DNA of 64,000 nucleotides. It comes from Cyanobacteria bacterium P01_A01_bin.123 (GTDB lineage Bacteria > Cyanobacteriota > Cyanobacteriia > Phormidesmidales > Phormidesmidaceae). Below, one piece after another: positions 38,635 to 49,423 of this stretch. Position 1 is the stretch's first letter. Each line of letters begins with the position of its first letter. Location: positions 1 through 64,000 of the forward strand of contig JBCBZT010000032.1 of NCBI GenBank assembly GCA_039815185.1, written 5' to 3'. Under the pieces are notes generated by a model. It was not told the DNA's origin. It worked only from the letters and a program-made list of their open reading frames with translations, and ran no database searches. The position numbers and the translations under genes are program-made.

Positions 38635-39789
38635 ATGCAGACTTTATCAAAAACCATTGCAGCCCCAACCCAGACAGCATCGACCGCTAATCGGGCAACT
38701 GCGGCCCTCGCGATCGCAGCCATTCGTGGCGTCGCCCAGGAAAAGCTGGCCCCTAAAGTGCAAGATATCGATCTAAAGGGAGAATACCCTGCTGACATCA
38801 TGCATGCCTTGGGTGACGTTTGTGCCTTTGCCCACGCGGTTTCTCCTGATTATGCGGGGACAGGGTTGGGTTTAAAGTCTGCCCTGCAAAGTATTGAGGA
38901 AATTTCAAAGGTTTGCATGTCCACCGGGTTTATTGCCTGGTGTCAAATTGCCTGCACTTGGTATTTGCAAAATACTGAGAATCAAGCCTTGCGAGAATCA
39001 CTATTGCCCGCGATCGCGACGGGGCGTCAACTGGCGGGGACAGGGTTGTCCAACCCGATGAAACACTTTGCCGACATTGAAAAAATTGCCCTCACCGCAG
39101 AACGGGTTGAGGGGGGCTATCGGGTGAATGGACTGTTGCCCTGGGTGTCTAATTTGGGGCCGGGTCATGCCTTTGGCATTGCCGCCAAGCAAGCGGATAG
39201 CGACGGTTATTTGATGGCGTTAGTTTCCGATGATTTACCGGGGATGACGTTGCGTTGCAACGCCCACTTTATTGCCCTAGAAGGGACTGGCACCTATAGT
39301 TGCGTTTTCCGAGATGTGTTTGTGCCTGATCAGATGGTGCTAGCTGCACCCTGTGATACCTATGTTGACGCCATTCGACCGGGGTTTATTCTGACCCAGG
39401 TGGGCATGGGGTTAGGGCTTACGGCTAGCTGTATTGAGCTGATGACTCGGTCGAACAAACGACTGGGCCATGTGAATCAGTTTTTGGAGGATCAAGCCGG
39501 CGACATTCAGGCTGATTTAGACATGGCCCGCGATCGCGCTTACGCCTTAGCCGATCAGCTTGATCAACGCCAGGAACCTGTTGATCGCCAACTGATGCGC
39601 GACGTCGTTCAGTCCCGCATTACCGCAGCTGAGCTTTCCCTCAGATCTTCACAGGCTGCCATGCTCCACGCCGGGGCAAGGGCTTACGTCCACGGCAGCG
39701 CCCCAGAACGCAAACTGCGAGAAGCCTATTTTGTGGCCATTGTCACCCCTGCACTGAAGCATCTCAAAAAGATGCTAGCGGCGATGTAA
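38635..39789 (+). CDS. Acyl-CoA dehydrogenase-family flavoprotein
   Basis: GTGLSNPMK; NGLLPWVSNLG; AAMLHAGARAY; RKLREAYFVAIVTPA. Confidence 0.9.
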   Translation: MQTLSKTIAAPTQTASTANRATAALAIAAIRGVAQEKLAPKVQDIDLKGEYPADIMHALGDVCAFAHAVSPDYAGTGLGLKSALQSIEEISKVCMSTGFIAWCQIACTWYLQNTENQALRESLLPAIATGRQLAGTGLSNPMKHFADIEKIALTAERVEGGYRVNGLLPWVSNLGPGHAFGIAAKQADSDGYLMALVSDDLPGMTLRCNAHFIALEGTGTYSCVFRDVFVPDQMVLAAPCDTYVDAIRPGFILTQVGMGLGLTASCIELMTRSNKRLGHVNQFLEDQAGDIQADLDMARDRAYALADQLDQRQEPVDRQLMRDVVQSRITAAELSLRSSQAAMLHAGARAYVHGSAPERKLREAYFVAIVTPALKHLKKMLAAM

Positions 39790-39821
39790 CGCTCAGCAGT
39801 ATCTGGAATCACAAAATTCTT

Positions 39822-39839
39822 TTAGAAGAACCGTTCTAA
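39822..39839 (+). promoter_or_regulatory. Putative TetR operator, copy 4
   Basis: Palindrome TTAGAA-GAACCG-TTCTAA upstream of the binding-protein gene. Confidence 0.65.
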
Positions 39840-39961
39840 TAGGCAAAGTTGAGCTAACTTATGATTTTTGATTAACAAGTAGATTGGCATTGGTCAAAAA
39901 CGGCGTAGACTCAGCGATGTCACAATGCAGTCACAGTCAGCTTAGAAGGCGATAGAGACCT

Positions 39962-41587
39962 ATGGTTTTGGTTTCAGGGCAAAATCCAAATCGGCAATGG
40001 CGCAATCTCTCCTGTCAGCAGGGTGAGCTGGATAGTTTATCCCTACGATGTTCGATTTGCGGTAATTTTCACCCCACCCAAGATCACTGGCAGTTTATGG
40101 CTGAAATGCCTCAAAAACCAGCCGATTTGATCGATGATTTGGTTAAAATGCGGTTCTATCAGCCCCAGGCCCTTGATGTGGCATCGGCTATCAGTCAAGC
40201 TGAGTTGCGGACAGCCTTATTTGTCAAGATGGCCTCCCAAGGCAACCCTAAGCGCGAGCGCCTGGTTCAGGAATTGATCCGACTGGCCGGGGGCCTAGAT
40301 GAAGCCTTTGCTGCCGCATTTGGTCCCCAAGCTGGACGCTTCTTTACCGATGCCCAACGGGTGGGTGAGTTTACCCGACGCAAGTTTTTGCAAAACGTGG
40401 CTATTGGTGCGGCATTGGTGTCGTTGGCGAACTGCGCCCAGCGGCCTGCGTCCGAAGAACCCGCTGCAGAGACTCCACCCCCAGAAACGCCCCTAGCAGA
40501 TCTAGAGAAAACTGACCTCAAGATCGCCTTTTTACCTATCACCTGCGCCACGCCGATCATCATGTCCGATCCGTTGGGCTTCTATGACAAGCATGGATTG
40601 AATGTGACGTTAATGAAGTATGCCAGTTGGTCGGTGGTGCGGGACGCCGCGATCGCTGGCGAACTTGATGCCTATCACATGCTGGCCCCCATGCCGATTG
40701 CCATGTCCTTGGGGTTGGGGTCGTCACCATTTCCGGTCAAGCTGGCCAGCATTGAAAACAACAATGGTCAGGGCATTGCCGTGGCCAAAAAGCACTTGGG
40801 CAACGTGAATGGCCCAGCGGACTTCAAGGGCTTTACGATTGGCATTCCCTACGATTATTCCAACCACAACCTACTGTTGCGCTACTACCTCGCTTCTGGC
40901 GGTCTTGACCCCGACAATGACGTCAAGCTATTGATTTTGCCGCCCCCCGATGCGATCGCCAAGATGTCTACCGGGCAAATCGACGCCTTTATTCTGCCGG
41001 ACAACTTTACCCAGCGTGTGGTTCACGACGATATTGGGTTTATCCATCTCCTCACGAAGGATCTGTGGGCGGGTCATCCCTGCTGTGCCTTTGTGGCGGG
41101 CCAGCCCTGGATTGACGAAAATCCCAACACCTTCCGGGCCTTAAACAAAGCCATTATTGATGGGGCCACCTACGCTAACGATCCTGCCAATCGGAAAGAA
41201 ATCGCCGCTGCGATCGCGCCCCGTGAGTACCTCAACCAACCCGTTGAAGTCCTCGAAGCCGTCATGACCGGAAACTTCGAAGATGGCCAGGGCAATTCCT
41301 TTGAAATTCCCGATCGGATTTACTTCGATCCTTACCCTTGGAAGAGTTTTGCCAGCTGGATTTCGACCCAACTGGTGCGCTGGGACTACATGCCCACCGA
41401 TAAGGCCAACTACGATGACATTGGCAATCAAATCTTCCTGACCGACTTGGCCCGCGAATTGGCTGAAGAATTGGGGGCAGATGCGCCTGACGATCTATCT
41501 CGCGTCGAAGAACTCCAGTTCGGCAGTTTTGACCCCGACAGTCCCGATGACTACCTGAAGGAGCAAATCGATCAATTTGGCGTCTAG
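39962..41587 (+). CDS. CmpA/NrtA-family ABC substrate-binding lipoprotein with long N-terminal extension
   Basis: EKTDLKIAFLPITCATPII; ELDAYHMLAPMP; GHPCC; internal TRRKFL...LANC Tat lipobox. Confidence 0.9.
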   Translation: MVLVSGQNPNRQWRNLSCQQGELDSLSLRCSICGNFHPTQDHWQFMAEMPQKPADLIDDLVKMRFYQPQALDVASAISQAELRTALFVKMASQGNPKRERLVQELIRLAGGLDEAFAAAFGPQAGRFFTDAQRVGEFTRRKFLQNVAIGAALVSLANCAQRPASEEPAAETPPPETPLADLEKTDLKIAFLPITCATPIIMSDPLGFYDKHGLNVTLMKYASWSVVRDAAIAGELDAYHMLAPMPIAMSLGLGSSPFPVKLASIENNNGQGIAVAKKHLGNVNGPADFKGFTIGIPYDYSNHNLLLRYYLASGGLDPDNDVKLLILPPPDAIAKMSTGQIDAFILPDNFTQRVVHDDIGFIHLLTKDLWAGHPCCAFVAGQPWIDENPNTFRALNKAIIDGATYANDPANRKEIAAAIAPREYLNQPVEVLEAVMTGNFEDGQGNSFEIPDRIYFDPYPWKSFASWISTQLVRWDYMPTDKANYDDIGNQIFLTDLARELAEELGADAPDDLSRVEELQFGSFDPDSPDDYLKEQIDQFGV

Positions 41588-41704
41588 CGTGTGGCTTGAG
41601 ACAACGGCGATCGCAGCTTGCAGCAGCTCCTACTTTTGAGATCAGGCCTGCCGGGTATACAATCAAAAAAATCTGTCACCAGTGCCCTCTATCCATGAGA
41701 GACC

Positions 41705-44700
41705 ATGAAGATTCTCCATGGCACCTGGATCCCCCAAGCCACTGAAGCCTTTATTCAAACGGGTGCATTTTACCTCTGGGTTGAAACTGAGACGAAAAGC
41801 CGTCGTCGTCGTGCTGACCTCTACCATCCCTGCCACTTGTTTGAGCCGGATTTGGTTGCTGTGCTCACTAACGAGTTAGGCATCAAACCACCGGGTTACC
41901 GAAAACTAGAAGATTCCGTCACCCCGCGTCATTTTCTATTGCCGACGGTGGATGATGCCCCCTTACCGTCTCTAGAGCTCTCACGTTATCTAGAAACTGA
42001 GCCGCCTGAAACCTTTACTTGGCAGTTTTGGCAGGTTGACTGCTACGCCATGCTTGATCACGCTAGCGTCATCAGTGTGCTCAATGATTTGCACTTTTTG
42101 ACCCTCTATAACTTAGCCGAGGTTCAATTAGGGGCCGATCTCCTGTTTTGGTATCACTACACCCAGGCATTTAAACAGGTGATCTTACGAGATCAGTACA
42201 TTCCCGCGCTGAAGTATCGGCGCTTGAGTCTAGAAGCGCCTGCTTCAAAACGCAAAACAACGCGATCCAAAACGACATCTAAAAAAACGGCATCCAACAA
42301 GAAACAAGCGGCAACCCAAACCCAAGCCCAAACTCTGGCCCAAACTTTGGGGGGTGATTTTGAAGTTTATTCTGGGTGGGATCTGGTGGGCGATCGCTAC
42401 GAGGCCGACCTCAAAACCTACGTGGACTATATGCCCCACCTCTGTGTCGCGGGGTTTGAAGCACCACCAGATGCCCACGCATTCTACGATCGCGAAACTC
42501 TCCTACGCCATTTTTCAGAATGCTGGGTTACGGATCTCGTCAGGGAGACATCTCTACCCCAAGCCTATCTCAAGAAAATTGAGGACTCCCTGATTCAAGA
42601 TTGTCTGAATCAGGAACTGAAGCGTGCTTGGCAGGGAACTGCAGCGGTGCTAGAAAAGTATCAGCAGTGGCAGGGGTGGCGCGATCGCATCAGTCGCTCC
42701 GAAACTGCCGCGCCGTTTCACATTGGCTTCAAGCTAGAGGAACCGGCTAAACCCGAAGATTCCTGGCAGATCCAGTTTCAGGTCGCACCCAAACACGACC
42801 CATCGCTAAGAATTGCGCTATTGGATTTTTGGCGGCTGCGAGGTAAGGAAAAACAGGAACTGCGAAAACAGTTTGGCGATGACTTCGAGCAGCATCTGCT
42901 GATGAATCTGGGCTATGCCGCCCGCATTTATCCTAAGTTGTGGCAGGGACTAGAAACCGATGAACCCGTCGGCATCTTTGTGGATTTAGACACCGCCTTT
43001 ACCTTCCTCAAAGAATCGGCCTGGGTGCTGGAAGATGCGGGCTACAAAGTCATCATTCCGGCCTGGTGGACCCCTAAAGGGCGACAAAGAGCCAAGGTTC
43101 GGCTTAAAGCCAAAGGCAAATCCCTTGGCGGCAATGACAAATCCAAAAGCTACTTCTCCCTGGAAACCTTGGTGGAGTACAAGTACGACCTCTCCATTGG
43201 CGATCAGCCCGTTAGCGAACAAGAGTGGCGACAGTTGGTTCAGGCGAAATCACCCCTGGTGAAGTTTCGCGGCCAGTGGATGGAGCTAGACCAGGAGAAA
43301 ATGCAGCAAATGCTGGACTTCTGGAAGCAACAGCAGGCTGACAATCCCGAAATGAGTCTGCTCGATTTCATGCGGCTGACCGCTGGCGAAGAGGATGCGC
43401 TAGAGGTGGACTTCGATCGGGGCGAAACCCTGGCCACGATGATGACCCAGCTCAACGACAAAAACTGCCTAGAACTCACCCCCGACCCCGACCAGCTCCA
43501 GGGCAACCTGCGAGACTATCAGAAACGGGGACTGTCGTGGCTGCATTATTTAGAAAATTTAGGCCTCAACGGTTGCTTAGCCGACGACATGGGGCTGGGG
43601 AAAACGGTTCAGGTGATTGCCCGCCTGGTGCAAGAGCGAGAGATGGCTACGGCAGCGGGCATCAAGCAGGTTCCTCCAACGCTCCTGATTGCCCCCACTT
43701 CTGTGGTGGGCAATTGGTACCACGAACTGAAAAAGTTCGCGCCCCATTTGAGCGCAGCGGTGCATCATGGGGGCGATCGCCTCAAAGACACCAAAGCCTT
43801 CAAAGCCCTCTGCCGCCAGCATGACGTGCTGATCACTTCATTTACTCTGGCCCGTAAAGATGCCAAATTGCTGGCAGACATCACCTGGCACCGCATTGTG
43901 CTAGACGAAGCTCAGAACATTAAAAACCCCAAAACCGCCCAGACCAAAGCCATTCTCAAGCTGAACGCCAACCATCGACTGGCCCTCACCGGCACCCCCG
44001 TCGAAAATCGCCTGCTTGACCTGTGGTCTATCTTCAACTTTCTGAATCCGGGTTACTTGGGCACCCAGGCCCAGTTCCGCAAGCAGTTCGAGATGCCGAT
44101 CCAAAAAAACAGCAATCCGACTCGCTCCACGACCTTGAAGAAACTCGTAGAACCGTTCATCCTGCGGCGGGTTAAAACCGACAAATCGATCATCAAAGAC
44201 CTGCCTGATAAGGTCGAGCAAAAACTGTTTTGCAACCTGACTAAAGAACAAGCCTCTCTCTATGAAGCGGTACTCAAAGATGTCACCGAACAGCTAGAGC
44301 AAGCCGAAGGCATTCAACGCAAGGGATTGATTTTGGCGACGCTAACCAAGCTGAAGCAGATCTGCAATCACCCGCGTCAGTTTCTACAAGACGATAGCGA
44401 ATTCACCGCCGAACGTTCCCACAAACTCAGCCGTTTGTTAGAGATGTTGGATGAAGTCATTCAAGCAGGCGAAAGCGCTCTGGTGTTCAGCCAGTTTCGG
44501 GAAATTGGCGATGCCTTGGAATCTCACCTGCGCCACACCTGCCACTACAACACCCACTACATCCACGGCGGCACCAACCGCAAAAAGCGCGAGCAGATGA
44601 TCGCCGAATTCCAAGATCCAGAGACAGACCCCACTATCTTCGTGCTATCGCTCAAAGCAGCAGGGGTCGGTATTACCCTCACCAAAGCCAACCATGTCTT

Positions 44701-44959
44701 CCACTTCGATCGCTGGTGGAACCCCGCTGTAGAAGATCAAGCCACCGATCGCGCCTTTCGCATCGGCCAACAGAAAAACGTCTTTGTCCACAAGTTCGTC
44801 GCCATGGGGACGCTGGAAGAGCGGATTGATCAAATGATTGAAGATAAGAAAAAGCTAGCTGGGGCAATTGTCGGCTCCGATGAATCCTGGCTGACAGAAC
44901 TGGATAACGACGCCTTTAAGCAATTGATTGCACTCAACAAAAGCGCCATTTTGGAGTAG
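41705..44959 (+). CDS. SNF2-family helicase/ATPase
   Basis: LADDMGLGKT; LDEAQNIKN; LTGTPVENRL; FDRWWNPAVEDQATDRAFRIGQ. Confidence 0.96.
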   Translation: MKILHGTWIPQATEAFIQTGAFYLWVETETKSRRRRADLYHPCHLFEPDLVAVLTNELGIKPPGYRKLEDSVTPRHFLLPTVDDAPLPSLELSRYLETEPPETFTWQFWQVDCYAMLDHASVISVLNDLHFLTLYNLAEVQLGADLLFWYHYTQAFKQVILRDQYIPALKYRRLSLEAPASKRKTTRSKTTSKKTASNKKQAATQTQAQTLAQTLGGDFEVYSGWDLVGDRYEADLKTYVDYMPHLCVAGFEAPPDAHAFYDRETLLRHFSECWVTDLVRETSLPQAYLKKIEDSLIQDCLNQELKRAWQGTAAVLEKYQQWQGWRDRISRSETAAPFHIGFKLEEPAKPEDSWQIQFQVAPKHDPSLRIALLDFWRLRGKEKQELRKQFGDDFEQHLLMNLGYAARIYPKLWQGLETDEPVGIFVDLDTAFTFLKESAWVLEDAGYKVIIPAWWTPKGRQRAKVRLKAKGKSLGGNDKSKSYFSLETLVEYKYDLSIGDQPVSEQEWRQLVQAKSPLVKFRGQWMELDQEKMQQMLDFWKQQQADNPEMSLLDFMRLTAGEEDALEVDFDRGETLATMMTQLNDKNCLELTPDPDQLQGNLRDYQKRGLSWLHYLENLGLNGCLADDMGLGKTVQVIARLVQEREMATAAGIKQVPPTLLIAPTSVVGNWYHELKKFAPHLSAAVHHGGDRLKDTKAFKALCRQHDVLITSFTLARKDAKLLADITWHRIVLDEAQNIKNPKTAQTKAILKLNANHRLALTGTPVENRLLDLWSIFNFLNPGYLGTQAQFRKQFEMPIQKNSNPTRSTTLKKLVEPFILRRVKTDKSIIKDLPDKVEQKLFCNLTKEQASLYEAVLKDVTEQLEQAEGIQRKGLILATLTKLKQICNHPRQFLQDDSEFTAERSHKLSRLLEMLDEVIQAGESALVFSQFREIGDALESHLRHTCHYNTHYIHGGTNRKKREQMIAEFQDPETDPTIFVLSLKAAGVGITLTKANHVFHFDRWWNPAVEDQATDRAFRIGQQKNVFVHKFVAMGTLEERIDQMIEDKKKLAGAIVGSDESWLTELDNDAFKQLIALNKSAILE

Positions 44960-44963
44960 TTCT

Positions 44964-45803
44964 ATGGCTCAGCAATTTAGCCGCACCTGGTGGGGACAAA
45001 AATTTATCGAAGCCATCGAACGGCTAACCGATTCAGGTCGTTTAAGTCGGGGCAGAACGTATGCTCGTGGTAACAAAGTCAAACACTTTGACATTGACGG
45101 TAGCCTGGTCATTGCCCAAGTGAGGGGCTCAGTTAATCCCTACTTTGGGGTGTACACAGAACCCTTGTACAACACCTCGATTGATTTTGAGCCAATTAGT
45201 AAGGCGAAGTGGGCAGCCGCGATCGCGCTGATGGCCTCTAAAGCGGGCTTAATTTCTCGACTGCTGCTCAACGAAATTCCTGACAACATCGAAGACAGTT
45301 TCAAAACCTTGGGTTTGCATCTGCTACCAAATAGCAGGGAAGATTTTCACACCCGATGTTCTTGCCCAGACTACAGCAATCCTTGCAAACACATCGCTGG
45401 CGTATACTACCTAATCGCTGCTGAACTCGATCGCGATCCGTTTTTACTGTTTGAACTGCGGGGGCTCTCTCGGGAAGCCCTCAAGGCAGAATTAGAAAAG
45501 AGCCCTCTAGGTCAAGCCCTGTCAGCAGAACTCTCAGCCCAAAAACAACCCCCTATCCCTGTAGAGCGCTACTACACTCAGCCCCAAACCCAGCCAGTTT
45601 CCGAACTCAGCCTCAAGGATTTTTGGCAGGGCGAAAAGCGCTTACCCCAAACCATCGAAGTTGCTGCGCCGTCTGTAGTCCCAGCCATTCTGGTTAAAAA
45701 ACAAGGCGACTTCCCGGCATTTTGGCACCGCGATAACTCATTTGTTGAAGCCATGGAACAGCTATACGAATATGTCAAACTCAAGAATAAAAATAAGCTA
45801 TAA
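44964..45803 (+). CDS. SWIM zinc-finger protein (partner of SNF2)
   Basis: RLSRGRTYAR; CSCPD...PCKH; DPFLLFELRG. Confidence 0.93.
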   Translation: MAQQFSRTWWGQKFIEAIERLTDSGRLSRGRTYARGNKVKHFDIDGSLVIAQVRGSVNPYFGVYTEPLYNTSIDFEPISKAKWAAAIALMASKAGLISRLLLNEIPDNIEDSFKTLGLHLLPNSREDFHTRCSCPDYSNPCKHIAGVYYLIAAELDRDPFLLFELRGLSREALKAELEKSPLGQALSAELSAQKQPPIPVERYYTQPQTQPVSELSLKDFWQGEKRLPQTIEVAAPSVVPAILVKKQGDFPAFWHRDNSFVEAMEQLYEYVKLKNKNKL

Positions 45804-45824
45804 CCCTTAGCCCCACGTCCCTAC

Positions 45825-46577
45825 TCAAGTCTCTGGATTGGATGGGTTGGGTTTATGCGCGATAAAGGCGGCATGGGCCTTTGGCAGTTCATAGTCACCA
45901 TAGCTACGCATAACTTGAACTTGGAACCCCACCTGCCGCAGATCCTCTGCGATATCTTGTGCCGCGTATAGCTGCAAGTGGTGTACTTCATCAGTCCGCC
46001 GATAGTGCGCTCCAACTTGACGGAAGGTGATGATTTGACGCACTAGGGTTGACTGCTCGGGATCTTCTAACTTCTCAACCAATATGATCCAACCTTGTCC
46101 CTCAGTAAAGTGCCGAATCGGCTCGCCTCCCGGAACTTGACCGGGCTCTGCCAAATCAAAAATGAGCATACCGCCTGGTAATAAGGCAGCGTAAACTCGC
46201 TCAAACAGTTGAGCCAGGGTTTCAAGATTGCTATCAGGATCAAATTGATAGTTAAAACACTCCCCCACTGAAATCACGGCATTGCAGGGTGGGATATTAG
46301 TCTTGAACAGCGATTCAACTCGAAACTCAGCATTCGGCACTCTGGTTCGAGCAATGGCAATCAGCGGCTCAGATATATCGACGCCAAGCACTTGATACCC
46401 TGCATTCGTCAACGCCAATGCAGATAACCCGTTACCGCAGCCTAAATCCACGACTAGACCTGACCGGATATTATTTTGAGCCAGAACATTCTGTATGCCA
46501 GGAGCAGATTTGAGTGCATAATCGCTGAACCCAACATCATGAATATAGGCTAGGTCTTCCTTGTATCCTGCTTCCAT
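45825..46577 (-). CDS. Class I SAM-dependent methyltransferase
   Basis: VVDLGCGNG; LGVDISE; ALLPGGMLIFD. Confidence 0.9.
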   Translation of the reverse strand: MEAGYKEDLAYIHDVGFSDYALKSAPGIQNVLAQNNIRSGLVVDLGCGNGLSALALTNAGYQVLGVDISEPLIAIARTRVPNAEFRVESLFKTNIPPCNAVISVGECFNYQFDPDSNLETLAQLFERVYAALLPGGMLIFDLAEPGQVPGGEPIRHFTEGQGWIILVEKLEDPEQSTLVRQIITFRQVGAHYRRTDEVHHLQLYAAQDIAEDLRQVGFQVQVMRSYGDYELPKAHAAFIAHKPNPSNPET

Positions 46578-46756
46578 GGTTTTGCCTGCGTCATGGGTCA
46601 CCTCGCCTAACCATCGACGGCATATTGCAGTGTCCGGTAGACTGCTTACTTGAGCTGCCTTACCTAAGATTCGGTTGAATTTAATTGATTTTAGCAGGCG
46701 GCATTGCTGAACGAATGGCTATGGGTACTCTGGGAAAGAAGCGCTGAGGATCGCCT

Positions 46757-47575
46757 GTGGAGTGGTTGGTTCCAGCTGCGTTGGTGTTTCTACTGGGTTC
46801 CGCCATCGGCAGCTTTTTAAATGTGGTAATTTACCGAATTCCGGCGGGGCTTTCACTGCTGCATCCGCCGTCCCGTTGTCCCCATTGCTTGAAACGGCTC
46901 AAAGCCTATGACAACGTGCCTGTATTTGGCTGGTTGTGGTTGCGGGGTCGCTGCCGCTTTTGCCGTCAACCCATTGCCCTGCGCTATCCCCTCGTGGAGT
47001 TTGTGACGGGATTGTTATTTTTGGGCGTTTATTTTCAGTTTGGGGTTTCACTTTACACCCTGGGCTATTGGGCGCTGCTGAGCTGGCTGCTGTCTCTAGC
47101 GCTGATTGATGTCGATACCTTTACCTTGCCCAACGCCCTAACCCAATCGGGACTGATCTTGGGGTTGGGATTTCAGTGTGCCTTGGCGATGGCTGATGCC
47201 ACAGTGTCAACGGCTTGGGTGAATGGCCTCATGAGTGGAGTGGTGGGGGCCGTGTTGGGGCTTTGGATTTTTGATGGTGTGGGTGCCTTGGGTTCACTCA
47301 TGCTGGGCCAGACGGCCATGGGGGGGGGTGATGGCAAGTTAGCGGCGATGCTAGGGGCCTGGTTGGGATGGCAAGGGATGCTAGTCACCGGATTTTTGGC
47401 CTGTACGCTGGGTGCATTTGTGGGCGGCGGCGCGATCGCGTTAGGATTCCTCGGTCGTCGTCAACCCATGCCCTTTGGCCCATTTTTAGCCCTCGCAGGT
47501 GGATTGACGCTATTTTGGGGCGATCGCTTGGTAAATGCATACTTATCTGTGTTTTTTCCTTTGGGGGGTTGGTAG
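46757..47575 (+). CDS. pilD: Type IV prepilin peptidase
   Basis: GSFLNVVIYR; CPHC..CRFC; IDVD; MGGGDGKL; PFGPFL. Confidence 0.95.
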   Translation: MEWLVPAALVFLLGSAIGSFLNVVIYRIPAGLSLLHPPSRCPHCLKRLKAYDNVPVFGWLWLRGRCRFCRQPIALRYPLVEFVTGLLFLGVYFQFGVSLYTLGYWALLSWLLSLALIDVDTFTLPNALTQSGLILGLGFQCALAMADATVSTAWVNGLMSGVVGAVLGLWIFDGVGALGSLMLGQTAMGGGDGKLAAMLGAWLGWQGMLVTGFLACTLGAFVGGGAIALGFLGRRQPMPFGPFLALAGGLTLFWGDRLVNAYLSVFFPLGGW

Positions 47576-47687
47576 ACAGGGCCAACCTGATCCAGATCCC
47601 CAGTTCTTTTGAGCCCAAAACTCAAGATTTCAAATCGGATGGGGTTTAAAAATGGCACAATAGGGGTTTGCTGTCCGTTTAAAGCCC

Positions 47688-49046
47688 ATGCCCCAATCCC
47701 CTCGCCGATACCACATCACCACCTTCGGCTGCCAAATGAACAAAGCCGACTCCGAGCGTATGGCAGGTGTTTTGGACACCATGGGGATGGAAGCAGTAGA
47801 CGACCCCTATGATGCGGATGTCGTGCTCTACAACACCTGTACTATCCGCGACAACGCAGAGCGAAAGGTGTACTCCTACCTCGGGCGACAGGCTAAACGC
47901 AAGCATGAGAAGCCAGATTTGACCCTTGTGGTCGCAGGGTGCGTGGCCCAACAAGAAGGGGAAGCCTTGCTCAGACGGGTGCCTGAACTAGATTTAGTCA
48001 TGGGGCCACAGCATGCTAATCGCCTAGAAGATTTATTGACCCAGGTGTTCGACGGCAATCAGGTGGTGGCCACCGAGCCCGTTCACATCATGGAAGACAT
48101 TACCAAGCCGCGACGGGATAGCGCGGTCACCGCTTGGGTCAACGTAATTTATGGCTGCAACGAACGCTGCACCTACTGCGTCGTGCCCAATGTGCGGGGG
48201 GTTGAACAGTCTCGCACCCCTGAAGCGATTCGTGCCGAAATGGAGGCACTGGGGCAGCAAGGCTACACAGAAGTGACCCTCCTGGGGCAAAACATAGATG
48301 CCTACGGCCGCGATTTGGCAGGCAGCACCCCAGAAGGTCGTCACCGCCATACCTTGACCGATTTGCTTTATTTTGTTCACGATGTCCCGGGCATTGAGCG
48401 CATCCGCTTTGCCACCAGCCATCCCCGCTATTTCACAGAACGGTTAATTCTGGCCTGCGCCGAATTGCCCAAGCTTTGCGAACACTTTCACATTCCCTTC
48501 CAGTCGGGTGACAATGACCTGCTCAAAGCGATGGGGCGAGGCTATACCCATGAAAAATATCGCCGCATTATCCACACCATTCGCAAGTACATGCCCGATG
48601 CTGCGATCAGTGCTGACGCCATTGTGGGTTTTCCGGGGGAGACCGAAGCCCAGTTTCAAAATACGCTGACACTGGTTGAAGACATTGGTTTTGATCTGCT
48701 GAATACGGCCGCCTATTCTCCCCGACCCGGCACTCCGGCCGCCCTTTGGGACAATCAGCTAGACGAGGAAACTAAAAGCGATCGCTTACAGCGCCTCAAC
48801 CATCTCGTCGGCCTCGTGGCCGCTCAACGCTCCCAGCGCTATGCTGGCCGAACAGAAAAGGTACTCGTAGAAGATCAAAATCCCAAGTATCCCCACCAAG
48901 TAATGGGACGGACAGACGGCAATCGCCTCACTTTCTTTGAAGGAGACATTGCAACCCTCAGAGGCAAAATTGTGCCCGTCAAAATCACCGAAGTCCGCGC
49001 TTTTAGCCTAACGGGAGAATTACTCTCTGCGGTTGCAACCGCCTAG
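47688..49046 (+). CDS. miaB: tRNA (i6A37) methylthiotransferase
   Basis: [31 protein letters not shown]-terminal TRAM domain. Confidence 0.96.
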   Translation: MPQSPRRYHITTFGCQMNKADSERMAGVLDTMGMEAVDDPYDADVVLYNTCTIRDNAERKVYSYLGRQAKRKHEKPDLTLVVAGCVAQQEGEALLRRVPELDLVMGPQHANRLEDLLTQVFDGNQVVATEPVHIMEDITKPRRDSAVTAWVNVIYGCNERCTYCVVPNVRGVEQSRTPEAIRAEMEALGQQGYTEVTLLGQNIDAYGRDLAGSTPEGRHRHTLTDLLYFVHDVPGIERIRFATSHPRYFTERLILACAELPKLCEHFHIPFQSGDNDLLKAMGRGYTHEKYRRIIHTIRKYMPDAAISADAIVGFPGETEAQFQNTLTLVEDIGFDLLNTAAYSPRPGTPAALWDNQLDEETKSDRLQRLNHLVGLVAAQRSQRYAGRTEKVLVEDQNPKYPHQVMGRTDGNRLTFFEGDIATLRGKIVPVKITEVRAFSLTGELLSAVATA

Positions 49047-49423
49047 GCTTTTCGTGAGGCATAGGGGATTAGACAATATCAGGATGACTCAGGAAAGATA
49101 GAATTCTGAACCATTCGGCTGCTTTGATGTAGAGAATGGTTGGGTGATTGATTTTTATGGATGCGGGCCTCAATACCCTGTCTAGCAAAGCCAACCAGCG
49201 CATAATAGCGCCATCTCATGGTTCGTCCTAATTGTAATTTTGAGGTCGCAGGCAAGGGTTGCAAGTCGTACTCATAACGAGTATGATTTAGAGGTGATGA
49301 TTCAGGATTGCAATTGCGCTATGCTGCAAACTTGAACCGCTAAATCGCCCATGACCAATTACACCCGTTGGGGGTACGACAGTTCGGCTCCCATGTGTTT
49401 ATAGCCTTTCAGGAGGAAAAATT

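Noticed and set aside
41705..45803. SNF2+SWIM as a novel defence system
   Set aside because: Widespread, well-known gene pair with native HIP1 content and no accessory nuclease
49290..49325. Fur/PerR box upstream of dps
   Set aside because: Match too weak to support by eye
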